From Macrostomum lignano (Eukaryota), in assembly GCA_002269645.1 (NCBI GenBank), contig NIVC01004137.1, positions 1 through 58,540 of the forward strand: a DNA stretch of 58,540 nucleotides. Reading direction: 5' to 3'. A model generated the notes under the pieces. That model was not told where the DNA came from, ran no database searches, and saw only the letters and a program-made list of their open reading frames with translations. Both the position numbers and the translations under genes were made by a program. Of the stretch, positions 37,038-50,581 are shown piece by piece (position 1 is the first letter of the stretch; every line of letters starts with the position of its first letter).

Positions 37038-40000
37038 ATGTCAGACTTAGCAACGGAATCCTCGTCTTCTTGTTTGCCTCTGAAAACGGAGCCAAATATG
37101 GAAACAAATATTGCAACGGCAGCCCTAGCCGATAAGGCGTCAACCGCGTTAGCGCCTTCCTGTCACATCGACTTGACTTTGAATCCGGAAACTCCGCCAC
37201 CTCCTCCAGTTCCTTCGGCTACTACTGCAACTGTTCCTTTGGCGAAGCCTCTAGTTACAGCGCGGGCTCCTTCTCAGCAGCAGCAGCAGCAGCAACAACA
37301 TTTTGTTGCCGTGATCTCGCAGCCTCAGCAGCAACATCAATTCCAGCAGGTTCGGCCTAAACCAATCCAGCCCGCTTTCAAACAGCAGGGGCCTAATCAA
37401 GCCTTGACTTCCATTAGTGCATCGGGTACTGCTAATGCAGCCGCTCCTGTTGCTGCATCGGCTAGACCCATTGCTCCATTGCAGCATCATGGTCAGCTGA
37501 AGGCTATCGCTCCTCATACTGGATCGCGACAACAGCAACAGCAGCAGCAGCAACACCAGCCTTATCATCATCCTCCTCCTCCTCACCAGACTCAGGCTTC
37601 TCAGCCTAATTCAACAGCAGCAGCTCAACTGCATCATCAGCATCCGCATAACCAGATGCAAACTGCCGGCTTCTGCTTCCCAACTGGTCCTATGATGATG
37701 GTGTATCCGCAAAGCATCATGGTGCAGTCCGCTCCTTTAGCTATTCACACTTCGCAGGGCTTCGTAGCCGCATCATTTGCTCCGGGACCTCCGCCTTCGT
37801 CAGCTTCCGCTTCAACTACAACTGGCATAGTGGCATCATCGGCCTCCGGAGCTGTGGTCTGTTCCAGCACTTCCTCAGCTGCCGTAGCATCCATAGCTGG
37901 CACTGCTGCAGTTGTTACTCCTCACAGCAGCATGTCGGCAGCTCATCAATCAGCTGCTGCTATTGCAACTAGTAGTAGCTCAACAATTCAGCCAGTGTCG
38001 TCTTCTTTTGGAGCCGCCGTACTGACTACAACTACCACATCGTCTGCGTCAGCTGCTAGACAGCATTCCTCATCAGAGACAGAAGAGCAGAAACAGAAAC
38101 AGCAACAACAGCAACAGCAACACCAGCAAAGATTATTCGATTTGAATCTCAGACCGCAGGAGAGCGCTTTAATCTTGCAACGACTTGGCGGCCCAGCCGC
38201 TGTGGCAACGCAGCCGGCCGCCGCGGTCTTGTCCGCTCCTCCTCTGCCATCTAATTCTAGCAGCCCCATTAAGTCGCATACTGCTGTTACGCCTGCGGCT
38301 GCTTTGGTGCCTCCGCTACCTCCGCCGCCACCAATTCAGCCGCCTGTGCCTCCGGCATCAGCTCCTATTGCTCCTCCTAGTAGCAAGCCGCAGCAGGAAA
38401 AGCCTCAACAACAACAGCAAGAGAAACAGCAGCAATCTAAAATCATTCCAACAAACGTGTCCGCTAATACAGAATGTGAAAATCAACCAGAGCAAAGCGA
38501 TTCAAAACCGAAACAGCTAGTAGAGCAAACAATGCCGCAATCGCAGTGCCAGCAGTTGCAGTGCATTGAAAATCAACAGGTTGTTGCAGAAAGCCCTGAC
38601 AATTCTGCAGCTGATGAGGCTAAACTATCTTGCTCGCCGGCGGTTGTCTCTGTCTCTGAGTCAGTAACTCAAGTTGCTTCTACGGCTGCAGATTCTCAAG
38701 CTAGCAATAATGGTACTGCCAGTGCAGTCGTTGCAGCTAATGGTGGCGCAGTTACTACTAGTATTAATAACAGTAATAGCTGCAGCAACAATGAGCCAAG
38801 AATTATTAAGCATCTTATTGACGGCTTTGTAGTGCTGGAGAGTAATCAACCGTTTCCAGTGAGTGATGGGGCGTTATTATGGTTATGTGACAATTTGAGC
38901 AGTGAGTCTCTAAATGTGATCAGTGAGTATCAGAATGTGAGTAGTGAGTGTCAGAATCCGATCGATGAGTGTCAGAATGTGAGTAGTGAGTGTCAGAATG
39001 TGAGTAGTGAGTGTCAGAATGTGAGTAGTGAGTGTCAGAATGTGAGTAGTGAGTGTCAGAATGTGAGCAGTCAGTGAGTGTCAGAATGAAAGTAGTGGGT
39101 GTCAGAATCCGATCGATGAGTGTCAGAATGTGATCAGTGAGTGTCAGAATCTGATCAGTGAGTGTCATATTGTGAGTAGTGAGTGTCATATTGTGAGTAG
39201 TGAGTGTCAGAATGTGATCAGTGAGTGTCATATTGTGAGTAGTGAGTGTCATATTGTGAGTAGTGAGTGTCAGAATGTGATCAGTGAGTGTCAGAATGTG
39301 AGTAGTGAGTGTCATATTGTGAGTAGTGTGTGTCAGAATGTGATCAGTGAGTGTCAGAATGTGATCAGTGAGTGTCAGAATGTGATCAGTGAGTGTCAGA
39401 ATGTGAGTAGTGAGTGTCAGAATGTGATCAGTGAGTGAGTCAAAATATGATCAATAATTGTCAGAACGGGAGCAATGCGTGTCAAAATGTAAGCAGTGAG
39501 TGTCAGATATTAATGTAGATTTGTAAGTATTTAAATACTTTATGTACTTGTTTAGTGATGTTAATAGCAACAACTTGAACACCTCACGCAGGTGAAGCGG
39601 CCCTATCCTGAGGTAAACGGCTGCGCGGCTGCCACCTACGGCCCTAGCTTCAAAGTGCTCAAAGCCACTGGCGGCATCTCCAAATCCGTAAACCTAGACG
39701 GTGAAGAAGTTGAGCAGCCCACCTACGTTACGCTGAACTCTGTTGGCGCTTTGATGTGCGAATTTTGCGGCAAATTTAAACCGTTTCAAACTTTCAAAGC
39801 CAGCAGAAGATTTTGTTCCGTCAGCTGCGCCAGAAAGTACAATGTTAGCAAGAAGGTGGAAAAGCAGCGGCTGAAGAGGGAGGCCCCTGCGCCGCAGAAT
39901 GTGAGTTGTTTGTTGGGAAGCTCATGTATAACTGTGAGATTAGATGCTGTAGCTAGTAGACATGAGATTAGATGCCGTAGCTAGTAGACTATGAGATTAG

Positions 40001-41117
40001 ATGTTGTAGCTAGGAGTAGACTATGAGATTAGATGCCGTAGCTAGTAGAATATGAGATTAGATGTTGTAGCTAGGAGTAGACTATGAGATTAGATGCCGT
40101 AGCTAGTAGACTATGAGATTAGATGCCGTAGCTAGTAGACTGTGAGATTAGATGCTATAGGCAATTAGATGCCGTAGCTAGTAGAATATGAGATTAGATG
40201 CCGTAGCTAGGAGCAGACTTTGAGATTAGATGCCGTAGCTAGGAGCAGACTTTGAGATTAGATGCCGTAGCTAGGAGTAGTGTGAGATTCGATGCCATAG
40301 CTAAAAGATGATTAGGAGATTGGATACCACAGACTGCGACATTAGCTCACAATAGCCCAGTAAGACTACATGAGGTTATGAGACCAAGTACAATTCATAT
40401 TTAACCTTTGATTTCTCACAGCCGGATACAGACCAACTCTCACACCGAGCCCTACAACCGAAGCAAGCAAAAGTGGAGCCTCAGGACGAGCAGCAGCAGC
40501 AAAGCTTGGACAGCTCTGTCAAAGAGCAACAGCAGCAGAAGCCAGACGACATCGCGGATGCTGTTGACGGTAACGCAAGCTGCAACGAGGCCAGCGGCCT
40601 ATTAGACCAGTTCTACCAAGCCGACAATGAGAATGATAACAATATCAACAATGCCACAGATGTTCGGGATAGTCAGCGCGATGTCGAGCAGCTGCAGGAG
40701 CAGCAGCAGCCGCAGGAGGACGCAGACGAGGACGCGACGGTGGCTCAAGATGATTCACTAGGCGATCACGATCGAGTGGATCTGGATCCTTGCGGTCAAG
40801 CGCAGGCGGCCCTTGAACCCGAGAAGGCGCCGCAACAGTCCAGCGCTAGCGAATCGGTGGAGCCTCAGCGACCTGCTAGACCGGAGGTGCTGAACTGGTC
40901 GGTGTCGGATGTCCACCAGCTGGTGGCTTCCACGCCAGGTTGCGCTCCGTTCGCTGTGAATTTTCGTCTACAGGAGATTGATGGAGAAGCTCTGCTGTTG
41001 TTGAAAGAAGAGAACTTGATGAGACCGCCTTTGAGTATGAAGCTGGGACCGGCTTTGAAGTTGTCGGCCCGAATTGAGGAGGCCAGGGCTACTGTACCGC
41101 CTGATTTCTTTGCTTGA
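37038..41117 (+). CDS. ph: Polyhomeotic-like protein (PRC1 subunit); exons 37038-38858, 39568-39900, 40422-41117
   Basis: Q/A/S/P-rich N-terminus; HD1 motif PRIIKHLIDGFVVLESNQPFP; FCS zinc finger CEFCGK...RRFCSVSCARKYN; C-terminal SAM WSVSDV...FRLQEIDGEALLLL...MKLGPALK; all phase-0 GT-AG introns; AATAAA at 41198. Confidence 0.93.
38900..39440. repeat. Intronic minisatellite, 21 bp unit GTGAGTAGTGAGTGTCAGAAT (ph intron 1)
   Basis: Tandem copies visible. Confidence 0.95.
39930..40300. repeat. Intronic minisatellite, ~29-32 bp unit GAGATTAGATGCCGTAGCTAGTAGACTAT (ph intron 2)
   Basis: Tandem copies visible. Confidence 0.93.
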
Positions 41118-41229
41118 GTTTGGGCAACTTTGTCCGGGACCTTTGTGCTACTTTTTCCTATCAAGAAATATCAAATTTTCAAAATTTTATTTTTTTCAAT
41201 AAAGTTTCAAAAATCCTAAAATTTAAAAT

Positions 41230-41840
41230 TTTCTGGAATATAATGACTTGGAATTTCACGATTCCTGGAAACTTATGAATCATGTAATTTCAGGTTTTCT
41301 AGAATTTTGTTTTTTGGTATTTTATGATTCGTCGCAGTCCATGATTCCTGGAATTCCAAATTTCCTAGAATTTCATAAATCTCGTGATTCCTGTAATTTC
41401 GGATTTCCGGGAATTTCACATTTCCTAGAATTTCATGAATCTCATGATTCCTGGAATTTCATATTTCCTGGAATTTCATGAATCTCATGATTCCTGGAAT
41501 TTCACATTTCCTAGAATTTCATGAATCTCATAATTCCTGGAATTTCATATTTCCTGGAATTTCATGAATTTCATGAATCTCATGATTCCTGGAATTTCAT
41601 ATTTCCTGGAATTTCATGAATCTCATGATTCCTGGAATTTCACATTTCCTAGAATTTCATGAATATCACGATTCCTTGAATTTCACATTTCCTAGAATTT
41701 CATATTTCTTGGAATTTCACATTTCCTAGAATTTCATATTTCTTGGAATTTCACATTTCCTGGAATTTCATATTTCCTGGAATTTCCCTGAAATTTCATA
41801 TTTCCTAGATTTCCACATTTCCTGGAATTTCATGATTCTT
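41230..41840. repeat. Minisatellite, ~18 bp unit TTTCCTGGAATTTCACAT and variants
   Basis: Tandem degenerate copies right after the ph polyA signal. Confidence 0.9.
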
Positions 41841-42329
41841 AAAGTTTAATGTTTTCTGGACTTTCATGTTCTCTAGTATTTAAACCTTACCGAATTTCAT
41901 GCTTCGCAAAGCCTCAAAGTTTAACAAGGGCCAAACTTCATCACAATCACAATTTTTCGCATTCAATTTGGATGGATTGAAAAAGCTGAAAAACCTAGAA
42001 ACCTAGAAACCTAGAAAGTTCTAACACATTTGTTTATTTTACATCGCGTTACAATCTGCTTTAGGTGGTTTTGAACTTTTTAAAAAATTTGAATAATTGA
42101 AAAAATAATGCTATTACCAACGTTCTTATTCAGCTCTTTTTCAATGCAATTTTAGTGCGTATTAGTGTCATTTTACATACTTTTTTCATGCTATTAAATA
42201 GCCATGTATATATACATACTCCTACATTGTAATATTACAGTTTTTGTGCCTATGATTTACTTGTCCAGAAATTGCTAAAATCGTTGCAGTCACACATTTT
42301 CTTATTATCAATTTAATTTCTTTATTTCA

Positions 42330-43105
42330 CGATCTGTGGGTGTCTCTGATCTGTGGGTGTCTGATCTGTGGGTGTCTCTGATCTGTGGGTGTCTGTGATC
42401 TGTGGGTGTCTCTGATCTGTGGGTGTCTGTGATCTGTGGGTGTCTCTGATCTGTGGGTGTCTCTGATCTGTGGGTGTCTCTGATCTGTGGGTGTCTCTGA
42501 TCTGTGGGTGTCTCTGATCTGTGAGTGTCTGTGATCTGAGGGTGTCTCTGATCTGTGGGTGTCTGATCTGTGGGTGTCTCTGATCTGTGGGTGTCTGATC
42601 TGTGGGTGTCTCTGATCTGTGGGTGTCTCTGATCTGTGGGTGTCTCTGATCTGTGGGTGTCTCTGATCTGTGGGTGTCTCTGATCTGTGGGTGTCTCTGA
42701 TCTGTGGGTGTCTCTGATCTGTGGGTGTCTCTGATCTGTGGGTGTCTCTGATCTGTGGGTGTCTCTGATCTGTGGGTGTCTTTGATCTGTGAGTGTCTCT
42801 GATCTGTGGGTGTCTCTGATCTGTGGGTGTCTCTGATCTGTGGGTGTCTGATCTGTGGGTGTCTCTGATCTGTGGGTGTCTCTGATCTGTGGGTGTCTCT
42901 GATCTGAGGGTGTCTGATCTGTGAGTGTCTCTGATCTGAGGGTGTCTGATCTGTGGGTGTCTCTGATCTGTGGGTGTCTCTGATCTGTGAGTGTCTCTGA
43001 TCTGTGGGTGTCTCTGATCTGTGGGTGTCTCTGATCTGTGGGTGTCTCTGATCTGAGGGTGTCTGATCTGTGGGTGTCTCTGATCTGTGGGTGTCTCTGA
43101 TCTGA
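42330..43105. repeat. Minisatellite, 17 bp unit CTCTGATCTGTGGGTGT
   Basis: More than 40 copies. Confidence 0.97.
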
Positions 43106-43679
43106 GGGTTGGTTTTTTATACATCTCCATTTTTCTTTTCACCCTGTCTACAATTGGTGCTCCAATGTTACATTATTATGCAGTAGACTAAATGTGTAGT
43201 GAGCCATTTCACAAGCGTTCTTTAATTAAATAAATAAAACTTTTATATCAAGGTTAACAATTACAACGTCGCAGAAAAGCGAGGGTTTCAACTACAGTTC
43301 ATTCCTAATTTCTATTGCCGATATATTAAAGTGTAGTGTGCAGTTATCTGCTTTTTAATTTACGTAATTGTTTTATTTGTTGTGCGTTAAATCGTTTTCT
43401 TTGTGTTGTACTCCTATATATGCTGAACGTACCACTACTGTAGTCCAGTTAATTATCAGTTCGAATTGCTAGTCGCACGAGACCCTGTCTTTGAAATGAA
43501 CATTTTATTGTACAAAGTATTCTCTCTGAAAATTGCCAGTGAACTTTGAATTTCTGTAGCCGTCAATTTGTAACTTTTCATTTAAGTGCAATGTAGTTTT
43601 ATAATAATGATTTTGCTTGTGTGTTGCGATTCTATTAAAGTGAATATGTTGTTTGGATTTGTTTATTTACCACTGTATT

Positions 43680-44942
43680 CTAGGGTGTGCTCAGTCCAGG
43701 GTGTGCTCAGTGTAGGGTGTGCTCAGTCCAGGGTGGGCTCAGTCTAGGGTGTGCTCAGTCCAGGGTGTGCTCAGTGTAGGGTGTGCTCAGTCCAGGGTGT
43801 GCTCAGTCCAGGGTGGGCTCAGTGTAGGGTGTGCTCAGTGTAGGGTGTACTCAATGTAGAGTGTACTCAATGTAGATTGTACTCAATGTAGATTGTACTC
43901 AATGTAGGATGTGCTCAATGTAGAGTGTACTCAATGTAGGGTGTGCTCAATGTAGGGTGTGCTCAGTCTAGGGTCAGCTCAGCTCATGGTGTGCTCAGTC
44001 TAGTGTGTGCTCAGTCTAGGGTGTGCTCAGTCTAGTGTGTGCTCAGTCTAGGGTGTGCTCAGTCTAGTGTGTGCTCAGTCTAGGGTGTGCTCAGTCTAGT
44101 GTGTGCTCAGTCTAGTGTGTGCTCAGTCTAGGGTGTGCTCAGTCTAGTGTGTGCTCAGTCTAGGGTGTGCTCAGTGTAGGGTGTGCTCAGTCTAGTGTGT
44201 GCTCAGTCTAGGGTGTGCTCAGTCTAGTTTGTGCTCAGTCTAGGGTGTGCTCAGTCCAAAATGTGCTCAGTCTAGGGTGTGCTCAGTCTAGTGTGTGCTC
44301 AGTCTAGTGTGTGCTCAGTCTAGTGTGTGCTCAGTCTAGGGTGTGCTCAGTCTAGTGTGTGCTCAGTCTAGGGTGTGCTCAGTCTAGGGTGTGCTCAGTG
44401 TAGGGTGTGCTCAGTCTAGTGTGTGCTCAGTCTAGTGTGTGCTCAGTCTAGGGTGTGCTCAGTCTAGGGTGTGCTCAGTCTAGTGTGTGCTCAGTCTAGT
44501 GTGTGCTCAGTCTAGGGTGTGCTCAGTGTAGGGTGTGCTCAGTCTAGGGTGTGCTCAGTCTAGTGTGTGCTCAGTCTAGGGTGTGCTCAGTCTAGTGTGT
44601 GCTCAGTGTAGGGTGTGCTCAGTCTAGGGTGTGCTCAGTCTAGTGTGTGCTCAGTCTAGTGTGTGCTCAGTCTAGGGTGTGCTCAGTCTAGTGTGTGCTC
44701 AGTGTAGGGTGTGCTCAGTCTAGGGTGTGCTCAGTCCAAAATGTGCTCAGTGTAGGGTGTGCTCAGTATAGGGTGTGCTCAGTGTGTGCTCAGTGTAGGG
44801 TGACCAATGTAGGGTGTGCTCAATGTAGGGTGTGTTCAATTTAGGGTGTGCTCAATGTAGGGTGTGCTCAATGTAGGGTGTTCTTAATTGTAGGGTGTGC
44901 TCAGTGTGTGCTCAGTGTAGGGTGTGCTCAATGTGTGCTCAG
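43680..44942. repeat. Minisatellite, 16 bp unit G(G/T)GTGTGCTCAGTCTA
   Basis: About 75 copies with two alternating variants. Confidence 0.97.
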
Positions 44943-45059
44943 TCAGCAAATATCGAAATGCTTCTATCACTATTTTCTGTAATTTCAATATTTATCTTCA
45001 TAAACTTGCCACAACGACGGCACACACAGAGAATACCACGCGGACAACAGATCTGAGCG

Positions 45060-47855
45060 ATGAGCACACGAAGCAAGTCAGCTGCTGGTGGCATCCAATT
45101 GAAATGCCGTTTATGCACCCTGCGCTTTAACACCGCGGAGGAATTGGACAAGCACACCTACTTGTGCCATCCTCAGGTGTCAGCCTCTGCAGCTGCTTCA
45201 TCGCCCGCCATGTCAACGGCTGCCGCTGCGGCTGCCAACATGGCGGCAGCTGTGGCAGCTTCTCGTCTGCTGGCTCTGGGCATCGAGTCTGCCGAATCAG
45301 ACATTGTTGGTTTTGCTGGTGGCGTCCTTAGCGCTCTGGAGAATCAGGTTGAAAAGCGAGTCTATTTTCTGAGCTAGATCTGACCTACTTTCAGAGCTAG
45401 AGCTGACCTACTTTCTGAGCTAGAGCTGACCTATTTTCTGAGCTAGAGCTGACCTACTTTCTGAGCTAGAGCTGACCTACTTTCAGAGCTAGAGCTGACC
45501 TATTTTCTGAGCTAGAGCTGACCTACTTTCAGAGCTAGAGCTGACCTACTTTCAGAGCTAGAGCTGACCTACTTTCTGAGCTAGAGCTGACCTATTTTCT
45601 GAGCTAGAGCTGACCTACTTTCAGAGCTAGAGCTGACCTACTTTCTGAGCTAGAGCTGACCTACTTTCTGAGCTACAGCTGACCCATTTATGGATTCTAT
45701 CATTGTGTCCGCTGCCTCCCCCGCAGACGGATCCTCCGACATCGTCGAAATCTGCAGCCTTGCCAGCTTCCTCATTGGCTCATTCTGCTGTCGATTCTAT
45801 AATAATGGCTTCATCAGCCGGCTCAGCTACTAATACGACCGCTAGTAACAATACTAATAGAAATAATAATAATAATAATAGTAATAATGGCTCAAAAACA
45901 GTCGCTAAAAAGCGCCGAATCCATCCAGAGCCACCTGTCCGCACTGTCACACCAGCTTCTCCAGACGCGCCACTCTAAAAGTACATTTAATCAGGCAGCG
46001 CTGCCCGGCGGTGAAGTGGCGCACAATTTCGGCCAATGCCGTTGTCAAATCGACATCGTCGGCGTTGAAAAGCTCCGGCCAGTTTGCTTGTCGAGAATGC
46101 GGTGCCAGGTTTCATAGAAAGTCCAACTGCACCAGACATATGCGAATGCACGGCTATACCCGGCGAATGAAGGCTTTGAAAGATTGCGAGACTGGCCGCA
46201 ATGAAAGAAACTCGCACTGCTGCAGTCTCTGCACCGAGTCGGATACCGCGTTTGACGAGATCGGGCTTATCTGGTGGGTCAACGATTCAGGTCTCACTAT
46301 TCAGGTTGAGATTCTTTATGATTCAGGTTGAGATTCTTTATGATTCAGGTTAAGATTCTTTATGATTCAGGTTGAGATTCTTTATGATTCAGGTTGAGAT
46401 TCTTTATGATTCAGGTTGAGATTCTTTATGATTCAGGGTTGAGATGCTTTATGATTCAGGTTGAGATTCTTTATGATTCAGGTTGAGATTCTTTATGATT
46501 CAGGGTTGAGATGCTTTATGATTCAGGTTGGGATTCTTCACTATTCAGGTTGAGATACTTTATGATTCAGGGTTGAGATGCTTTATGATTCAGGTTGGGA
46601 TTCTTCACTATTCAGGTTGAGATACTTTATGATTCAGGTTGGGATTCTTTATGATTCAGGTTGGGATTCTTCACTATTCAGGTTGAGATACTTTATGATT
46701 CAGGTTGGGATTCTTTATGATTCAGGTTGAGATTCTTCACTGTTCAGGGTTGAGATTCTTTATGATTCAGGTTGAGATTCTTCACTATTCAGGGTTGAGA
46801 TTCTTTACTATTCAGGTTGAGATTCTTCACTATTCAGGTTGAGATTCTTTACTATTCAGGTTGAGATTCCTCACTATTCAGGTTGAGATTCCTCACTATT
46901 CAGGTTGAGATTCCTCACTATTCAGGTTGAGATTCCTCACTATTCAGGTTGAGATTCCTCACTATTCAGGTTGAGATTCTTCACTATTCAGGTTGAGATT
47001 CTTCACTATTCAGGTTGAGATTCCTCACTAATCAGGTTGAGATTCCTCACTATTCAGGTTGAGATTCCTCACTATTCAGGTTGAGATTCCTCACTATTCA
47101 GGTTGAGATTCCTCACTATTCAGGTTGAGATTCTTCACTATTCAGGTTGAGATTCTTCAGTATTCAGGTTGAGATTCTTCAGTATTCAGGTTGAGATTCT
47201 TCACTATTCAGGTTGAGATTCTTCACTATTCAGGTTGAGATTCCTCACTATTCAGGTTGAGATTCTTCACTATTCAGGTTGAGATTCTTCACTATTCAGG
47301 TTGAGATTCTTCACTATTCAGGTTGAGATTCTTCACTATTCAGGTTGAGATTCTTCACTATTCAGGTTGAGATTCTTCACTATTCAGGTTGAGATTCTTC
47401 AGTATTGAGGGTTGAGATTCTTCACAAGAAGGATAATCCTTAGAAAAGTTAGCATTCTTCATTCATTTCTAAATGTTCGCCATTCTGCCTCGCCATTTCG
47501 CAGCCACCTGTCGCAGTCGCACGGGTTAGCTGGCCGGCTACACCTGTGCAGCACCTGTCGCCAGGTGTTCACATCTCTCGCCGAGCTCCGCCAGCATCAG
47601 GAGGCCAGCCTCCATCAGCCGTGGCGCTCTTGCGATCGTCAGCAATGCCCGGCCAAGGACTGTCGGCGGTGCTTCACCTTGCCGAAGCACCTGGCGGAGC
47701 ACCGGCTGCTGCACCCCACTCCGCCGCAGCTGCGGCCGCACCGCTGCCCGGTGTGCCTGGCTGCCGGCTGCAACGAAGATGACGTCACCTTCTGCTGGCA
47801 ATTTCAATTGGTTGAGCACTGCGTTAGCGTCGGGCATTTGAGTCGCATGGCTTAA
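45060..47855 (+). CDS. Multi-C2H2 zinc-finger protein; exons ~45060-45347, 45727-46273, 47504-47855; apparent 1-bp deletion at 45907-45911
   Basis: Fingers CRLCTLRF...KHTYLCH, CPHCHTSFSRRATLKVH, CRECGARFHRKSNCTRHMRMH, CSLC...C|HLSQSH (across intron), CSTCRQVF...QHQEASLH, CPAKDCRRCF...EHRLLH, CPVC...EHCVSVGH. The first donor is weak and uncertain. Confidence 0.85.
45365..45685. repeat. Intronic minisatellite, 23 bp unit GAGCTAGAGCTGACCTACTTTCT
   Basis: About 13 copies. Confidence 0.95.
46295..47405. repeat. Intronic minisatellite, 22 bp unit TTCAGGTTGAGATTCTTCACTA / TTCAGGTTGAGATTCTTTATGA
   Basis: About 50 copies with a polar change of variant from TTATGA to TCACTA. Confidence 0.96.
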
Positions 47856-47934
47856 CTGACAGCTTTGAGAATTCATTTGGGATTTGATCATCTCCCTTAA
47901 TCCTCAATCCTTTGTCTCTTATCTTTCTTGGTCT

Positions 47935-48420
<486 letters not shown>

Positions 48421-49139
48421 CTCTGCACCTATCGTCTGCTTGTCTATTTCTCTAATCTTTGCATTTCTCTTAACAAATTCTTAAGCCAGTTCTTTTCCTT
48501 GCACAAATATCTTGAACAGTGTTTGTTTTCATTTACTGACCATTTTATTATGTCCATTGTGCTCAACTTTCGACGGATATTCTATAAGCATTATTTGAAC
48601 TTATAATATATATGTATATGTATAAACTCTCACTAATCTCAAAATTTTATACTTTTTTATATCTAGCATTATTTTTGTTTGGCTCATTATATGCTTTCAC
48701 TAATATTCGGCACAATACTTCAAGCAGTTAATTGGTTTACTGTTCAGTGCGAGCATTCGTTCACAACTTTTGTTTACACGGATGTCTACTTGCTTTTTTT
48801 TAGCTTTGTTATTATAAAGCGTGGTTCTCTTTTCATAAGCATGCAACTCCGTGCGTGCCCATTTTTATCGCCTGCTTGTTGCAGGTGCTGGTTTCCGCCA
48901 CTTTTTTACATTAAACAACATATCTTCAAGGCTCAATATGCTATGTTTTGTCGATCCAACGGCATTTAGCTTTGCAAGAAATATTTACTGGCTTTTTTTG
49001 CACTGCTTCCTACTTTTTATTCTAAACCTTTTAATATTGGAACATTAATTACAATTTTCAACCTTTAATATTCTTTAAAATCGCCCTTTAGTCTTTTAAT
49101 AAAATCCTATTCTCTGTGAAGACCGCTCTTTAATCTATT

Positions 49140-49795
49140 TTAGAATCGCCCTTAAATCCCTTTTATACTCGCCCTTTAATCTCCTTTAGAATCGCCCTTT
49201 AAACCCCTTTATAATCGTCCTTTAATCCTTTTTAGAACCGCCCTTTAATCTCCTTTAGAATCGCCCTTTAATCTCCTTTAGAATCGCCCTTTAATCTCCT
49301 TTAAAATTGCCCTTTTATCTCCTTTAGAACCGCCCTTTTATCTCCTTTAGAACCGCCCTTTTATCTCCTTTAGAATCGCCCTTAATCTCCTTTAGAACCG
49401 CCCTTTAATCTCCTTTAGAATCGCCCTTTAATCTCCTTTAGAATCGCCCTTTAATCTCCTTTAGAATCGCCCTTTAATCTCCTTAGAATCGCCCTTTAAT
49501 CTCCTTAGAATCGCCTTTTAATCTCCTTTAGAATCGCCCTTTAATCTTCTTTAGAATCGCCCTTAAATCTCCTTTAGAATCGCCCTTTAATCTTCTTTAG
49601 AATCGCCCTTTAATCTCCTTTAGAATCGCCCTTTAATCTTCTTTAGAATCGCCCTTTAATCTCCTTTAGAATCGCCCTTTAATCTCCTTTAGAATCGCCC
49701 TTTAATCTCCTTTAGAATCGCCCTTTAATCTCTTTTAGAATCGCCCTTTAATCTTTAGAATCGCCATTTAATCTCCTCTAGAATCACCTTTAAAT
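49140..49795. repeat. Minisatellite, 23 bp unit TAGAATCGCCCTTTAATCTCCTT
   Basis: About 28 copies. Confidence 0.96.
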
Positions 49796-50346
49796 CGCTT
49801 TGTAGCCTTCCCCAGCAAAAGTATACATCGGCCCTCTAATTTACTTATTAAATTGCCTCCATGAATTTGTACTATTTTGTTCGCTCCTGCTTGTACAGCT
49901 CTTCAAGTATTCTATAGAATAATAATAGCAATAATATATTTATTATGATAATAAGCTGCATTCTGAAGCGGATATACTTTCAATAGTTATACGTTTAGCA
50001 ATTTTTAAAGACAAAATAGTTATATCGACATGTAACTAGGCAAGCCAGGCCCGTTTTGAGGGCCTGTGTGTACATAGTCCATTATGCAATTTTAATTCTT
50101 ACCTATTAGTATGTAGTTGCAATTTGCAATTTTCATTTAATTTGTGAATTTAATACTTTGAAAGCAAATATACATAATACATATATAAGCAGCGTCTGAG
50201 GCGTTTGCTTTTAAGCAGCTTATATTTAATTGAGTTGTTTTGTTATCTGTTTAGTTTCTGCGTTTTGATGATTAAGATTCTTAAGAAATTTTCACACCTC
50301 TTTGTCTTGCTTTACAGTACATTCCATTTTTAACGGCCTGCTAATT

Positions 50347-50581
50347 CAGTTGCGGCGCAGTATCTCTGGTTAGGGGGGAGGGGGCAGTAGTTAGGTGGTC
50401 ACCCCCCCCCCTTCTAAGAAAGTAAAAAATTACGAACAAATTATGAAGTTGCATTACAGAGGGAGACTATCTGCCCTCCCTTCCTAGGGTCTTTTTGAGG
50501 GCCGTGGGGATGGTGGGGTGGTCACCCCCGGCCCCTTCCCCCCCCCCCCCAGGCAGCTGCCCCCCTGCGCCGCCACCACTG
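50347..50581. mobile_element. hAT-like MITE (~235 bp)
   Basis: Termini CAGTTGCGGCGCAG / CTGCGCCGCCACCACTG; near-8-bp flanking duplication CTGCTAAT vs CTGCTATT; G/C runs inside the TIRs. Confidence 0.5.
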
